From an uncultured virus (IMG/VR IMGVR_UViG_3300032295_003754) (lineage: Duplodnaviria; Heunggongvirae; Uroviricota; Caudoviricetes): DNA of 64,000 bases. A program made the position numbers and the translations under genes. Of the stretch, positions 45,764-56,731 are shown one piece after another. The number at the start of each line of letters is the position of its first letter. The stretch's first letter is position 1. The stretch is from the IMG/VR virus record IMGVR_UViG_3300032295_003754. One strand, given 5' to 3'. The notes beneath the pieces are model-generated. The model was not told the DNA's origin. It did no database searches and was given only the letters and a program-made list of their open reading frames with translations.

Positions 45764-46231
45764 ATGAAAAGTTTATTACTTGTATTGTTTCTTTTAATCG
45801 CCCATTTAACTTTTGGTCAGTGTTCGGAAATTGCTAGAAATTTAGAAAAGCTCGAAAAAACACCTTATCTCCTTATTGATAAAACTATCTATGACATAAA
45901 ATCAGATTGTTATATAAAAATAAGAGGGCTTAAAGGAAATAAAAAAGCAAGATTAGTCTTTATTATGGAGGGTTTCAAAAATCCTATTGAGGTTACGTTC
46001 ATTACACTAAATGTACACAAACTTGCCAAAAAAACGATTACTAAAGAAGATAATATACTCGATGTAATACCAAAGAAAAGTGAAACCTATTTTTTACTTA
46101 TCGACATAAATGAAGACCCAAGAGCTGGTAAGAAATGTATTGGACTAGCAATCCTTGAAAGAACCAATAAAAAGAGGTTTCAAAAAATAATTTGGGAAAA
46201 ATCAGATAGAATTGAAACCGACTCAATTTAA
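45764..46231 (+). CDS. secreted hypothetical protein
   Basis: Bacteroidota-style signal peptide ending FG-Q. Confidence 0.7.
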   Translation: MKSLLLVLFLLIAHLTFGQCSEIARNLEKLEKTPYLLIDKTIYDIKSDCYIKIRGLKGNKKARLVFIMEGFKNPIEVTFITLNVHKLAKKTITKEDNILDVIPKKSETYFLLIDINEDPRAGKKCIGLAILERTNKKRFQKIIWEKSDRIETDSI

Positions 46232-46248
46232 TTTCGTATATTTGTAGT

Positions 46249-46425
46249 ATGAAAACTATGATTGATATTTTGAGGAATTGGGGTGGTCTTCTTTGGATTC
46301 TCCTCGCATTTTTTTACTGGTGGGCTGATGATAGCAATATGGCTATTATGATGATTCTGTTCTATGAAATGGAAGATTTTCTTGATAGAAAACAAAAACA
46401 ATTTAATAATTCAAAAGGGGACTAA
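46249..46425 (+). CDS. small membrane protein (58 aa)
   Basis: Hand translation MKTMIDILRNWGGLLWILLAFFYWW...; TATATTTG 4 nt upstream. Confidence 0.6.
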   Translation: MKTMIDILRNWGGLLWILLAFFYWWADDSNMAIMMILFYEMEDFLDRKQKQFNNSKGD

Positions 46426-46436
46426 ATCCCCTTTTT

Positions 46437-47318
46437 TTATTTCTCCAAAAGATTATTCCATTTCCAAGCTGTAAATAAATTCAATATAAGTCCAGCTATT
46501 GTCATGGGACCAACACCACCTGGTACAGGAGTGATATATGATGCTTTTTTGGATACCTCCTCATAATCACAATCACCTACAATTTCACCAGAGTGTAACT
46601 TTGTTATACCAACATCAATAACAATAACACCATCTTTTACCATATCGGATGTGAGTAGATTTGGCTTTCCAGCAGCTACTATAATAATATCTGCAACACA
46701 AGTTAAATCCTTCAAAAGAGTTTTTGGTGTGTGAATATCACACGTAGTAACAGTGCCCCTACCAATGTTAAAATCATTTCCAAGCATAATTGAAACAGGT
46801 TTTCCAACAATGTTTGACCTACCGATGACTACTATATGTTTTCCTTGACAATCTATATTGTAATGTTCAAGTAACTTTAATATTCCATAAGCAGTCGCTG
46901 GTCTCATTGCTTTTTGTCCCAAAGACATCCTACCAAAGTTAAGAGGGTGAAACCCATCTATATCTTTGTAAGCACTTATCTCATTTATGATATCATCGAC
47001 TTTGATATGTTCTGGTAGAGGTAGTTGTACGATAAAACCATCATAACTCGATTTATTTAATCTTTTAACCTCTTGAATCAAATCATGTGTGGTGATATCT
47101 TTTGGAAATCTTATTAGGTAATGATTTACACCAGCACTTTCACAAGCTCTAATTTTAGCTTTCACATACGTCTCCGAAGCTTTATTATCACCAACTAAAA
47201 CTATTGCCATACTTGGTTGGGGTAGATTATTTTGTGAACCCAATCTTAACTCTTCGATTTGGTTTTTCAATTTTTCGAGTAAAATCTTAGAAACTCCTTT
47301 ACCATCCATTATTTTCAT
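46437..47318 (-). CDS. folD: bifunctional methylene-THF dehydrogenase/cyclohydrolase
   Basis: YVKAK, VQLPLP, KDIDGFHP, GRSNIVGKP, TPVPGGVGPMT. Confidence 0.96.
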   Translation of the reverse strand: MKIMDGKGVSKILLEKLKNQIEELRLGSQNNLPQPSMAIVLVGDNKASETYVKAKIRACESAGVNHYLIRFPKDITTHDLIQEVKRLNKSSYDGFIVQLPLPEHIKVDDIINEISAYKDIDGFHPLNFGRMSLGQKAMRPATAYGILKLLEHYNIDCQGKHIVVIGRSNIVGKPVSIMLGNDFNIGRGTVTTCDIHTPKTLLKDLTCVADIIIVAAGKPNLLTSDMVKDGVIVIDVGITKLHSGEIVGDCDYEEVSKKASYITPVPGGVGPMTIAGLILNLFTAWKWNNLLEK

Positions 47319-47364
47319 GAGAATTATATTAAAAATAACTCAATGGATTAAATATATACTCAAT

Positions 47365-49305
47365 ATGATTTATAACTTTGATGATTTTATTTTTGAGGAG
47401 TATCTGAAACTTGAGCTACCACTTTATTATTCGAAAGAATTAAAATCTACACTAGGAGCGATTGCATCTAAAGGAGATCCAGTTGGTAGTTTCCTTTATT
47501 ATGCAGATTCATCAAGTGCTGTGACATCAGACATTACTTATGTTGGTTTAGGTCAAGGTAATGATAAAGTAAGCTTCATTCAAGTGAATCGTGTTCTTAG
47601 AATGATTGATAAAGATCTTGGTGATCCAGAATCTAAAAATCAAGGAAAAGTTGCTGGACAAATGGAACGAGATTACCTCGATCAAATATGGAGATTTGCC
47701 CACATTAGCGACCACCCAGTTTGGAAAGAACAAAGAACTGAATTAGGCGTTGGAAGATTTGTGACTAAGATTTCACAAAAAGCTGGTAAAAACTTTACAC
47801 CACCTCAAATCAATACTTTTGTTGATAAGTTTAAAGCTTATAGAGATTTTCAAACTACAAAGAAAGATAAGTTTGAGGTAGTATCAGGTGAGGAAATCAG
47901 AAAATGGTATGATGAAGATACTTACGAAGATCCGGAATACCACTTGAACAATTCTTGTATGAGGTATGCTAGATGTCAGAAATATTTAAACATCTATGTA
48001 GAAAATCCAAATCAAGTAAGTATGGTTATTCTTAAAGGAACTGATCCTAATCTAATCATCGGTAGAGCCCTTATTTGGAAGCTAAAAGATGGAACTTATT
48101 ATTTAGATAGACCTTATGCTAATAATGATGAAGATATAAATCTATTCAAAGAATGGGGTAGGAGTAAAGGTTATTTAGTATATGGAACTGACTATAAACA
48201 CAAAGAGGTAGAACTAGACAAAGCTGACTTTTCTTATTATCCTTATATGGACACTTTTAAATATCTTAATAGAGACTTAAAAACATTAAGTACAGATGCT
48301 TCTGAGTTTGATGATGGAAACCAAGATTGGATTAAATTAGAATCAACTAGTGGTGAGTTTGAAGAAGCAGAAAGAGGGGTATATTCTGAATATTATGGTG
48401 AATATATTGATGAAGAAAACGCTGTTTGGGCAGAGGATATTCAGAGTTATATACACTACGATGATGCTTATTATCTTGAGTATAAAGACGAATATGTTCA
48501 CAATGATGCTGATGTTGTTTATTCTGAATTTGCTGGGCAATACTATTTAAGTGAAGATGCAATAAAGTCTCAATACTTAGATACTTATATCTATTCAGAT
48601 GATGCACTAAATGTGTTTATTTCACCAGATGAAGAGGACTATGTACCAGATTCATTCAGACAAAAAGGATTAGTTAAAGAATATTTTGTAGATGGTAGAC
48701 CAAAATGGTGTATATCTGCAAATGTATTTAAAAGCCCATTCTCTAATGAGTATTTCTTTAGAACTGGGGCTGTCAAAGTATTCACTATGGAAGATGGTGG
48801 ACTAATGACACAAAATGAGGCAGATACAAAGGACATAGATACCGAAGGTCTCGAATCTGACTATATGGAAATTGATGATTATCTATCAAAAAGAATTAAA
48901 CCTTTAACTAAAGATGAGTTCTTGGAAAAAGTTCAGAGTTTAGAATTTACTGAAAATCAAGTAAATAATTTCAAAAGGGATAGTGGTTCAATAGCATACA
49001 GTCTCAATTCATTTTTTAGGGATGTTACACTTGATGAAACAGAAGGAATAATGAAGCTTGTTATATGGCTTTCTTATAGTGCTAGTGAAAGAGACGAGTA
49101 TGGTAAACCAAAAAGCAAAAATAGAAGGAATTTGATTGAATCCATGAAAAATAAATGTGAAGAATTCATTAAAAATGAAAGATTCTACTTACTCTCAAGC
49201 ACTGCAATAGAAAATCTATTGCGAACAATGGATACAAACCTTAGTGATTATATAAGAGATGAAGAGTTATTATCTCAGATAATTCTTTATAAAAACAGTC
49301 ATTAA
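47365..49305 (+). CDS. large hypothetical protein with SCM / GRALIW / YPYMDT motifs and acidic Tyr-rich repeats (start probably 47365)
   Basis: ORF track; AATATATA at 47351-47358; MIYNFDDFIFE N-terminus. Confidence 0.75.
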   Translation: MIYNFDDFIFEEYLKLELPLYYSKELKSTLGAIASKGDPVGSFLYYADSSSAVTSDITYVGLGQGNDKVSFIQVNRVLRMIDKDLGDPESKNQGKVAGQMERDYLDQIWRFAHISDHPVWKEQRTELGVGRFVTKISQKAGKNFTPPQINTFVDKFKAYRDFQTTKKDKFEVVSGEEIRKWYDEDTYEDPEYHLNNSCMRYARCQKYLNIYVENPNQVSMVILKGTDPNLIIGRALIWKLKDGTYYLDRPYANNDEDINLFKEWGRSKGYLVYGTDYKHKEVELDKADFSYYPYMDTFKYLNRDLKTLSTDASEFDDGNQDWIKLESTSGEFEEAERGVYSEYYGEYIDEENAVWAEDIQSYIHYDDAYYLEYKDEYVHNDADVVYSEFAGQYYLSEDAIKSQYLDTYIYSDDALNVFISPDEEDYVPDSFRQKGLVKEYFVDGRPKWCISANVFKSPFSNEYFFRTGAVKVFTMEDGGLMTQNEADTKDIDTEGLESDYMEIDDYLSKRIKPLTKDEFLEKVQSLEFTENQVNNFKRDSGSIAYSLNSFFRDVTLDETEGIMKLVIWLSYSASERDEYGKPKSKNRRNLIESMKNKCEEFIKNERFYLLSSTAIENLLRTMDTNLSDYIRDEELLSQIILYKNSH

Positions 49306-49514
49306 AGATTAGCCGCAGCATCTTTAGCTTCTTGAACTGTATCAAAACACTGCCATTCAATATTATTTTCAAAACGGGTTCTAGCACATTCATCAAGTGG
49401 TCCACCGATTGCCCAATTGTCAGTTTCTTCAATTGTTAATTGTCCACAGATAAATTTTTTATCTTTTACTTTTTGATAAACCTCACCACTCGCCAATACA
49501 TATATCTTTTTCAT
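49302..49514 (-). CDS. hypothetical protein
   Basis: ORF track; TATATA element upstream. Confidence 0.6.
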   Translation of the reverse strand: MKKIYVLASGEVYQKVKDKKFICGQLTIEETDNWAIGGPLDECARTRFENNIEWQCFDTVQEAKDAAANL

Positions 49515-49545
49515 CTTTAAAAATATTTACCCACTTTATATATCA

Positions 49546-50034
49546 TTATACATTATAGAAATTAACTTTCCATTTTTTCCAACCGGATTTTGCAACAACA
49601 TAAGCTCTATCCCATTTGTCCCATTCATCCACATCCACACCCAACCAATCAATTATTTCAAGATTAGCTTTGTCTAATCTGAGATTACGATTGAAAGCTT
49701 TACAAAAACAATAGGTTACATAACCTTTAGCCCTATGCTCGTAATCTTGAATATCTAAACCAAGACCCAACCCAACTTGAATGGCATACATTTCACAATC
49801 ATATTCATACTCATAAACCTTCATGGATTTGTGTATAGACTGACGAGATATGTGACAGATTTCATGTAAACAAATAAGAAACCTATTTATAGTAGTAGGG
49901 TCAGGAATTTTAACTTGTCTTGTCTCAACAAATGCTATTCCACAATCGGTTTTATTCCAACCAATCACTTCGATACTATGAAAGTTCAGTTCCTTTTTTA
50001 TAAAATCTCTTGCCCACTCAACATCAAATTTCAT
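49546..50034 (-). CDS. HExxH zinc-metallopeptidase-like protein
   Basis: CLHEICH ... EYEYDCE; ATG at 50034, 4 nt after TATCTTTG. Confidence 0.65.
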   Translation of the reverse strand: MKFDVEWARDFIKKELNFHSIEVIGWNKTDCGIAFVETRQVKIPDPTTINRFLICLHEICHISRQSIHKSMKVYEYEYDCEMYAIQVGLGLGLDIQDYEHRAKGYVTYCFCKAFNRNLRLDKANLEIIDWLGVDVDEWDKWDRAYVVAKSGWKKWKVNFYNV

Positions 50035-50090
50035 AATACAAAGATACAAAACTTTTTTTGATTTACAAACTATTTCTCTACCTTTGTGAA

Positions 50091-50642
50091 ATGATTGAGT
50101 TTATAGAAGATACTACAAATGGATATAGGAGCAGAACACAAAAGAATGCTCAAGCTGATGTGACCATCGCATTTGCTTGTGACTTTGGTTCAGCCGGTGA
50201 GATTTTAACAAAAAACTCTGTATTCAAAAATAAAAAAACTTATATACCCATAGATACAAATACATTAGAAATAACCGACGAACTTATCACAAATATTGTG
50301 AACCAACTAAATAAGAGTGGTCAAGTTGATTTATTTACTGGTGTGAGAAATGTAACACTTAACATAGCTGGTAATGGAATTTACACTATGAAAGGTAAGT
50401 GGAGTCAAGACCAAGTTGATGACTATACATATAATGTGCTCAAAAAAGTTATCGAAATGTTCCAAGGTGAGATTGTAAGCATTAGGTCTGGTGGGCAAAC
50501 AGGATTCGATGAAGGTGGTGCAAAAGCAGGAGTTAAGTTGGGGATAAAGACCACAATCTTAGCACCAAAAGGTTGGAGGTTCAGGGACAAAACTGGGAAA
50601 GATATCATGAGTGAACAACTATTTAAAAACAGATTTCAATAA
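50091..50642 (+). CDS. SLOG/YpsA-like (putative molybdenum-carrier family) nucleotide-binding protein
   Basis: YRSRTQKN, LNIAGN, SGGQTGFD (circularly permuted SLOG-like order). Confidence 0.7.
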   Translation: MIEFIEDTTNGYRSRTQKNAQADVTIAFACDFGSAGEILTKNSVFKNKKTYIPIDTNTLEITDELITNIVNQLNKSGQVDLFTGVRNVTLNIAGNGIYTMKGKWSQDQVDDYTYNVLKKVIEMFQGEIVSIRSGGQTGFDEGGAKAGVKLGIKTTILAPKGWRFRDKTGKDIMSEQLFKNRFQ

Positions 50643-51073
50643 TGGGATTTACTAGGAACTTTTGGATTATTGGTGATTTAAGTCTTGAAAAAAATAAGTT
50701 TGCAGAGTTTTCCAAAACCTGTAAACTGCTTTGTGGAGAAATAACAAAACATTATGGTGGTACACTTGCCGGAGCAGTTGGTTATGGAGAACCAACATTT
50801 CTAGACCATGTTGTTGTGTTTAACGGTTCAGATGATGATTCCTACGAAACATTTTCAATCCATGTAAGGGATGAAGGTTTTCAGTTTTGTAAAACCAATA
50901 GAAAACCATATGACCGACATGTACTTGGGGCTTTGATTTTAGCCACTATTTTCTTTGGAGATACTATAAAGTTTAGATACGGTGAAGGAGATAATGATAT
51001 AGAAATGGTTGATTTCGTCAGGAGTTTTTTAAGAGATAAAAAGTTAGATGAACTATTAATATATAATGTATGA
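50642..51073 (+). CDS. conserved phage protein (FCKTNRKPYD) with C-terminal RDKKLDELL tag
   Basis: ORF track. Confidence 0.75.
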   Translation: MGFTRNFWIIGDLSLEKNKFAEFSKTCKLLCGEITKHYGGTLAGAVGYGEPTFLDHVVVFNGSDDDSYETFSIHVRDEGFQFCKTNRKPYDRHVLGALILATIFFGDTIKFRYGEGDNDIEMVDFVRSFLRDKKLDELLIYNV

Positions 51074-51357
51074 ACTTTATATTAGAGTTTAATGAATGGA
51101 AACCAGACCCAAAACAAATACAATTTTGGCAGAAATATTTGGAAGAACACTATCCAGTAAAGATGTATGATGGTGCTAAGTTCATCATTATTGATGAAAA
51201 ACCTTTATACATCACTGGCAATTATTCAAACAAAGGAAGATTGATACAAAAGCTTTTCTTAGATATTCAAGGCAATTTTCAAGGTGATATACATGAACCA
51301 TCTTTAAGAAAGGCAATCAAGTTTTGGTATGACACCCAAGATTACGTTCAAATTTAA
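51070..51357 (+). CDS. hypothetical late protein
   Basis: AATATATA at 51058-51065; MNFILEFNE N-terminus. Confidence 0.7.
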   Translation: MNFILEFNEWKPDPKQIQFWQKYLEEHYPVKMYDGAKFIIIDEKPLYITGNYSNKGRLIQKLFLDIQGNFQGDIHEPSLRKAIKFWYDTQDYVQI

Positions 51358-53024
51358 ATAACCCTCAAATATCTTGGAGTATCAAACTTATCGGTTTGTA
51401 TAGAAAGTGCATAACGCATTATAGAGGTTATTATTCGATTTGCTAGATTCCTATTCATCATCATAACACTCCCAATCAACATAACAATCTGTAATGATTG
51501 GATGCGTGATATTAACTTATTCACATTACCCTCGATTTTTCTTCCCCTTATTTCTTCAATTTTGAAAGTTTCACCTAATTGTTTCTGTATTTCTCTTGAT
51601 TGTTCAATCAAATCTTTACACCAGTTTTCCAACTCTTCTGATTTAGTTAGTTTGGATTTTTTCTGTCTAGATTCAACAATCTTAGATATCTCATCATAAG
51701 TAAGTAAAGGAGGGAGATTATTCATTTCCATTTTTTTAGCACCTCCAATCTTCGAGTTTATGATTCTCTTAATCGCTGTAAAGTTTATCTTACCATGACC
51801 TCTTGTACTGCTTCCTTGAACCTCACCATCCACATCCGTTTTTTTACCCGTATCTGAACTGTCGAAATTTATAGTCCTATCTTTTGTATCAACTACCTCA
51901 TCACGATATTTCCATTGTGATTTTGTATCTATTTTCGAACCAATACCTTTTAAAGAACTACCAACTCTAAAGTTTGTTATTTTGAACTCAGGTAAATCCG
52001 CGCCCAACTCACCATTGGTTATTATTTTATAATCACTACCTACCTTTACTTTCTTTAAAGATATTGGAATCATATCTTGTTTGTCAAAAAGTTCATCACA
52101 TTTTTTAATGAATTCATACATAGTTGTTGGTCCGGTTATAATACTCTTAAAATCCTTTAATATATCCTCATTGATTATGTAAGTATCGGCTGGACACCAT
52201 TTATTGAAATCAATATCAGTGAATTTTCCAAGCTTTGCTAACTCTTTGAACCTTTGTTTGAGTATTACATATGGAGACTCTGTACCTTTATAACCTGTGT
52301 GGAAAACAATATATGGTTTAGACTCATCTACATATCTCTGCCTAAGTTCCTTTTTATCGGGACTAGGGTTTGGGTCAACACTTGAATCCTTCACTGGATT
52401 ACCATGCCAAAGTTTATTTGGTATTTGACAAAAAGTTTCTACCCAATCTTCATCCTTCAAGTACTCCCCCAATAGTTCGAAATCCACAATAACCTTTTCG
52501 GAAATCCTTACTACTGGAAAATCCTCAGCCTCTCTTAAATACCTTCTGAAACAAGCTTCGATATTATCTGATGATAATTCGGTATTATAGTTGTAGATTT
52601 TTATTCCCAAAAATATACACTGCAAACTTTCAAACTTTAAAGTTGTTCTACCAGCTCCTTTCGATCCAAACTCTTCTGTTTTTACAATATCGTCTAGTCC
52701 AAAGTCATCACCTTCTTCATCTAAGAATACATCAGTGAATTCACCATACTTACCTCCATCTTTAAAATATTTCAAACCCTTATCTGAATCATAACCACCT
52801 TGTGGATTAGTTATCTGGTCTATAGCATCATTTGGTTCTACCCATTTACCAGATTTAGCCATCTTATCTATGACAACTTTTTTCTGACCTACCTTAACAG
52901 GATCACCATTTTTTATTGCTCTAACCAAAACATTACCTCTTGGTTCACCATTTCTATCTTTGGACAACTCCCCCAAGTCAAGATTAGCTTCTAAAAACTT
53001 TTTATAATTTAAAACTATTTTCAT
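51354..53024 (-). CDS. late protein, possible PD-(D/E)xK nuclease-like
   Basis: NKWCPADTYI ... IPISLKK; N-terminal LNYKKFLE tag. Confidence 0.55.
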   Translation of the reverse strand: MKIVLNYKKFLEANLDLGELSKDRNGEPRGNVLVRAIKNGDPVKVGQKKVVIDKMAKSGKWVEPNDAIDQITNPQGGYDSDKGLKYFKDGGKYGEFTDVFLDEEGDDFGLDDIVKTEEFGSKGAGRTTLKFESLQCIFLGIKIYNYNTELSSDNIEACFRRYLREAEDFPVVRISEKVIVDFELLGEYLKDEDWVETFCQIPNKLWHGNPVKDSSVDPNPSPDKKELRQRYVDESKPYIVFHTGYKGTESPYVILKQRFKELAKLGKFTDIDFNKWCPADTYIINEDILKDFKSIITGPTTMYEFIKKCDELFDKQDMIPISLKKVKVGSDYKIITNGELGADLPEFKITNFRVGSSLKGIGSKIDTKSQWKYRDEVVDTKDRTINFDSSDTGKKTDVDGEVQGSSTRGHGKINFTAIKRIINSKIGGAKKMEMNNLPPLLTYDEISKIVESRQKKSKLTKSEELENWCKDLIEQSREIQKQLGETFKIEEIRGRKIEGNVNKLISRIQSLQIVMLIGSVMMMNRNLANRIITSIMRYALSIQTDKFDTPRYLRVI

Positions 53025-53059
53025 TGTAATTTTATATATTTAGTTTTACATTTGCATTT

Positions 53060-53674
53060 ATGATTCTTAAAAGATTACATAAAATACTTTTCACCTTGGT
53101 TCAAAATAACCCAATCAAAACATTAAATGTTGCGATATTTCTATCCGCACTTTATTATTTAGTAATAGGTAATCCTAATGTTTGGGAAAAGAAAAAACTT
53201 ATCCACCAGTTCAAAACAGACACCAAATATTGTTATGTATACCCAAAGGAAAATAATAGATCGGAATTCGGAATCGAGGTGAGTGATGTACCACTAGAAA
53301 TAGTTGGCGACTTTGTAGCAACACAACAACCAAATGATTGGTATATAGTTTCTTTGATACTGACTATATTTCTTGGTGTGTTTCTTGTCGTATCTTTTAT
53401 AACAGAAATGGATGATGTCAGTTGGGAACTAAAAGATATCATTATAGAAACCCTCCACAATGATGTTAAAACACACACAGAAGATATTGGTGGAGATAAA
53501 TATTATTACTATACTCTCGATGATAAGTTAGTCGAAACCTCAAAGAATGAGTTTATAACTTACATGAAATCAAGAATCAAAGAGTATTACGAACACCCAA
53601 ATATGTTTCCTGATTTTAAAGGGACTACCCAAAATATACGTGATGGTAAACTAGAAGATTTAATCAATAACTAA
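53060..53674 (+). CDS. membrane protein with C-terminal RDGKLEDLI tag
   Basis: Two TM segments; TACATTTG box upstream. Confidence 0.7.
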   Translation: MILKRLHKILFTLVQNNPIKTLNVAIFLSALYYLVIGNPNVWEKKKLIHQFKTDTKYCYVYPKENNRSEFGIEVSDVPLEIVGDFVATQQPNDWYIVSLILTIFLGVFLVVSFITEMDDVSWELKDIIIETLHNDVKTHTEDIGGDKYYYYTLDDKLVETSKNEFITYMKSRIKEYYEHPNMFPDFKGTTQNIRDGKLEDLINN

Positions 53675-53675
53675 T

Positions 53676-54413
53676 ATGGATTATTTCAGTGAATCATATG
53701 GTTTTGGTGAGTATAAACCAAAAGCTATCAAACTCCTAAAACAAACAATAGATATTCTAAATGAGTTTGATATAAAACATATGCTTATATCTGGCACTCT
53801 ACTTGGATATATCAGACACAATGATTTTATTCCATGGGATGATGATATCGATATTTTAGTAGATGAATCTATTCTAAAAAAGAAAGAATTAATCGCTAGA
53901 AAATATGGTAATATAAATCTCTTTTATAGAAATAAGTATGATTCTATAAAAATATGTTTTACCAATGGTTCAGAAATAGATGATGGTGAATGGGAAGAAA
54001 AGTATATTGATGGACTATTCCCCGAAAAAAAGAAATATACATTCCCATTTGTTGATATGTTTATCTATGAAAGTAGGACACATATCTGTGGGGAAGATGG
54101 ATTCATCGAAATAGATGGTGAAATGAAAGAGGTCTTTTTACCCTTTAGCACCCCTTGTAATCGTTCTTTTAGGTTTATACCTGACCATCAAATAGTATTT
54201 TTCCATAATGATTGGAATAAATCACACTTTTTCCCCTTAAAAAAGGTTAATTTCTTAGGAATTGAATGTAATATACCTAATAATTCTGATTATTTCCTTA
54301 CTAAAAACTATGGAAAAGACTATATGAAAGTGATAGAATCACCAGAAAGAATACATAAAACTAACTCAATATTCACAGATATAATAAAAACCGATTATGT
54401 TAGAAATACTTGA
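53676..54413 (+). CDS. LicD-family nucleotidyl/phosphotransferase
   Basis: GTLLGYIRHNDFIPWDDDIDI. Confidence 0.9.
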   Translation: MDYFSESYGFGEYKPKAIKLLKQTIDILNEFDIKHMLISGTLLGYIRHNDFIPWDDDIDILVDESILKKKELIARKYGNINLFYRNKYDSIKICFTNGSEIDDGEWEEKYIDGLFPEKKKYTFPFVDMFIYESRTHICGEDGFIEIDGEMKEVFLPFSTPCNRSFRFIPDHQIVFFHNDWNKSHFFPLKKVNFLGIECNIPNNSDYFLTKNYGKDYMKVIESPERIHKTNSIFTDIIKTDYVRNT

Positions 54414-56168
54414 ACTCAGAAACCACTTAGCAACCGGAGTTGATGCTAAGATTATGCAGTATAAGAAAATGCAATAAACATTTCAGATGACACAATAGAC
54501 TTTCCAAGTCTATTGGGTGGAACTCAAACATATTTGCTTCTCAATATGGAAAGACATACTGAAAGGTATAAAACATCGGTTGAACAATTAAAAAAATTAT
54601 CTATTCAAAACTTTGTTCACCTAAAAGGAACAGATGGAAAAAATAAAACCCATTTAGAGGAAGATTTAACCCTTATTCTTCAATATCTCAAACTCCACAA
54701 TAATGATGTAATTACTAATGATATAAAAATAAACGAGTTCTCAGAGGTGAATAATCGTGGTGTTCATTTACAAGAGGGTCCATTAGGTTGTTATTGTTCT
54801 CACTTGAGAGCTATGATTTATTCTCATATGAGGGGTTCTGACTATACTATTATAATTGAAGATGATATATCTATTACTAATACTGAGAATATCCAAAAGT
54901 ATATCAAACAAATACCTGATGATTGGGATGTTATTTGTTTAAACTCAAGAGGTAAAAATGTAAGATATGAAGAACCTTTTTATAAGTTTGTTGATGAATT
55001 TCATTCAGGGCATTTCTATATTATAAAGAATAAATGTCTACCAAGAATATTTAAAGGAATGTATCCTCTAACTGACCAAGTAGATGTGCTTCTTTCTGAT
55101 ATGCACAAAGACCTAAACATCTATAACATACCAGATACGGTTTATCAAAAGAACTTAGAAACAAATACTCAAAACAATCTTGATATTATTTTTAGTTCAC
55201 CCAACTATACACCAGTAACAGATGTCTTGAACAATTCAGAAGAAATATTAAATCACTATGCTAATAAAATTCTTCCTGATAACATAGACCAAAACAGATT
55301 GATTGTAAAGCATTTGATGTATGATGTGATTTACAATTTTATGTTAACTAAAGGCATTAATAACGAACCAAATCCTCACATAGAAGACTATGTTTTTGAT
55401 AATCCTTACATCGGAAAATGGAGATATACTAAGTTGGAAAAATTTGTTGGATTTTTCTTACAATGTACGAAAAAAGGAATTAACCCCAAGTTGGCTGGTA
55501 AAGGTTTAACAAATGCACTATTCTTTACTTTAAATAAGTTTACTGAATTACACGATCCCGATGGAGATATTAAAGCTTATGGATTTGGTTCAACTGCTCA
55601 TACATACAAAGTTGGTAATGATTTGTTAATCAAAAGATATAATAAAAAATTGAGGTGGGCTACTGAAGGTCATGATAATCCCAAAAAGATTATGAATAAG
55701 GAAATAGAACTTTTGGAAAAATTAAAAAATGTAAAATCAGTTCCGAATATAGTTGACTATGATAATAGAGATATCATTATGGAATATAGGGGTGAATCAC
55801 TTTATAATGATTTTAACTTACCTACTGATTGGAAGGACCAGATAACAAATATATTTTCAGAACTTACTAATAATGGTGTATTTTATCCAGAGTTTAGGTT
55901 ACAGAATATACTTGTCTTAGATGGTAAGATTAGTTTTGTAGACTTTGGTATGGCTGAGTTTATGGATAAATGTGATAACACTATCAATCTTGAAAAGTTT
56001 ATTAAGTATTTGAGCTTACTTGAGGATAAGTTTAAGGTGGTTATTGATTTAGATAGTAGACAAAGGTTGATTTCAACCTTTCTAAAAAATATTGCCTTAC
56101 CAACGTCGACCATAGACCAGGAGTTTTCGGAAGGGATTGAACCATTGTTTGGTAATGACTTTTTTTAG
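54397..56168 (+). CDS. GT25 glycosyltransferase fused to a protein-kinase-like domain (5' end apparently frameshifted near 54465)
   Basis: LNMERHTER, GCYCSH, IIEDD; C-terminal IIMEY, NILV, FVDFG; upstream 26-aa ORF 54397-54477 is in another frame. Confidence 0.75.
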
Positions 56169-56179
56169 AAAAGTTAAAA

Positions 56180-56731
56180 ATGTTATATGATATGAACAAT
56201 TGTTTCAAACAGATTGATGTTAAAATTAAATTAAATGGGTCATTATCAGATTTAAAATCTGATTTACATATGAGTCATTCTAAGTGGCAAAAATATGGAC
56301 TGTCGCTTAAGAAAGATGTAGATTATGACCCAGCTATTGTTAATACATTTGAGGTATCTGATGAAATAAAATCAGAGGTTTTATCAACTATTCCCAAAGA
56401 ATTACTCAATATAGAAATACCTCACGTTTGGTATTTAGAGGTGACTGGCAATGATGACATCACAACAATGGTTCCACCACATATTGATAACTTTAGAATA
56501 TGTACTATAAATTATTATATTAATACTAATGGTGAGACCACTCATTATTATAATTATGAATCTGGTGTTATAAAAGAAATTGATTCTTTTTGTTCCAATG
56601 ATAATGAATGTTGGATACTCAATACAACTATTCCACATTCAGTGAAACTTTTACCAAACCAAACAAGGTCAGCTATCGGAGCTTCATTTATCAAAACTCC
56701 ATATGAAAAGGTGATAAGTTTTTTCCCTTAG
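56180..56731 (+). CDS. 2OG-Fe(II) oxygenase-like protein
   Basis: PPHID ... INYY ... PHSV ... R. Confidence 0.6.
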   Translation: MLYDMNNCFKQIDVKIKLNGSLSDLKSDLHMSHSKWQKYGLSLKKDVDYDPAIVNTFEVSDEIKSEVLSTIPKELLNIEIPHVWYLEVTGNDDITTMVPPHIDNFRICTINYYINTNGETTHYYNYESGVIKEIDSFCSNDNECWILNTTIPHSVKLLPNQTRSAIGASFIKTPYEKVISFFP

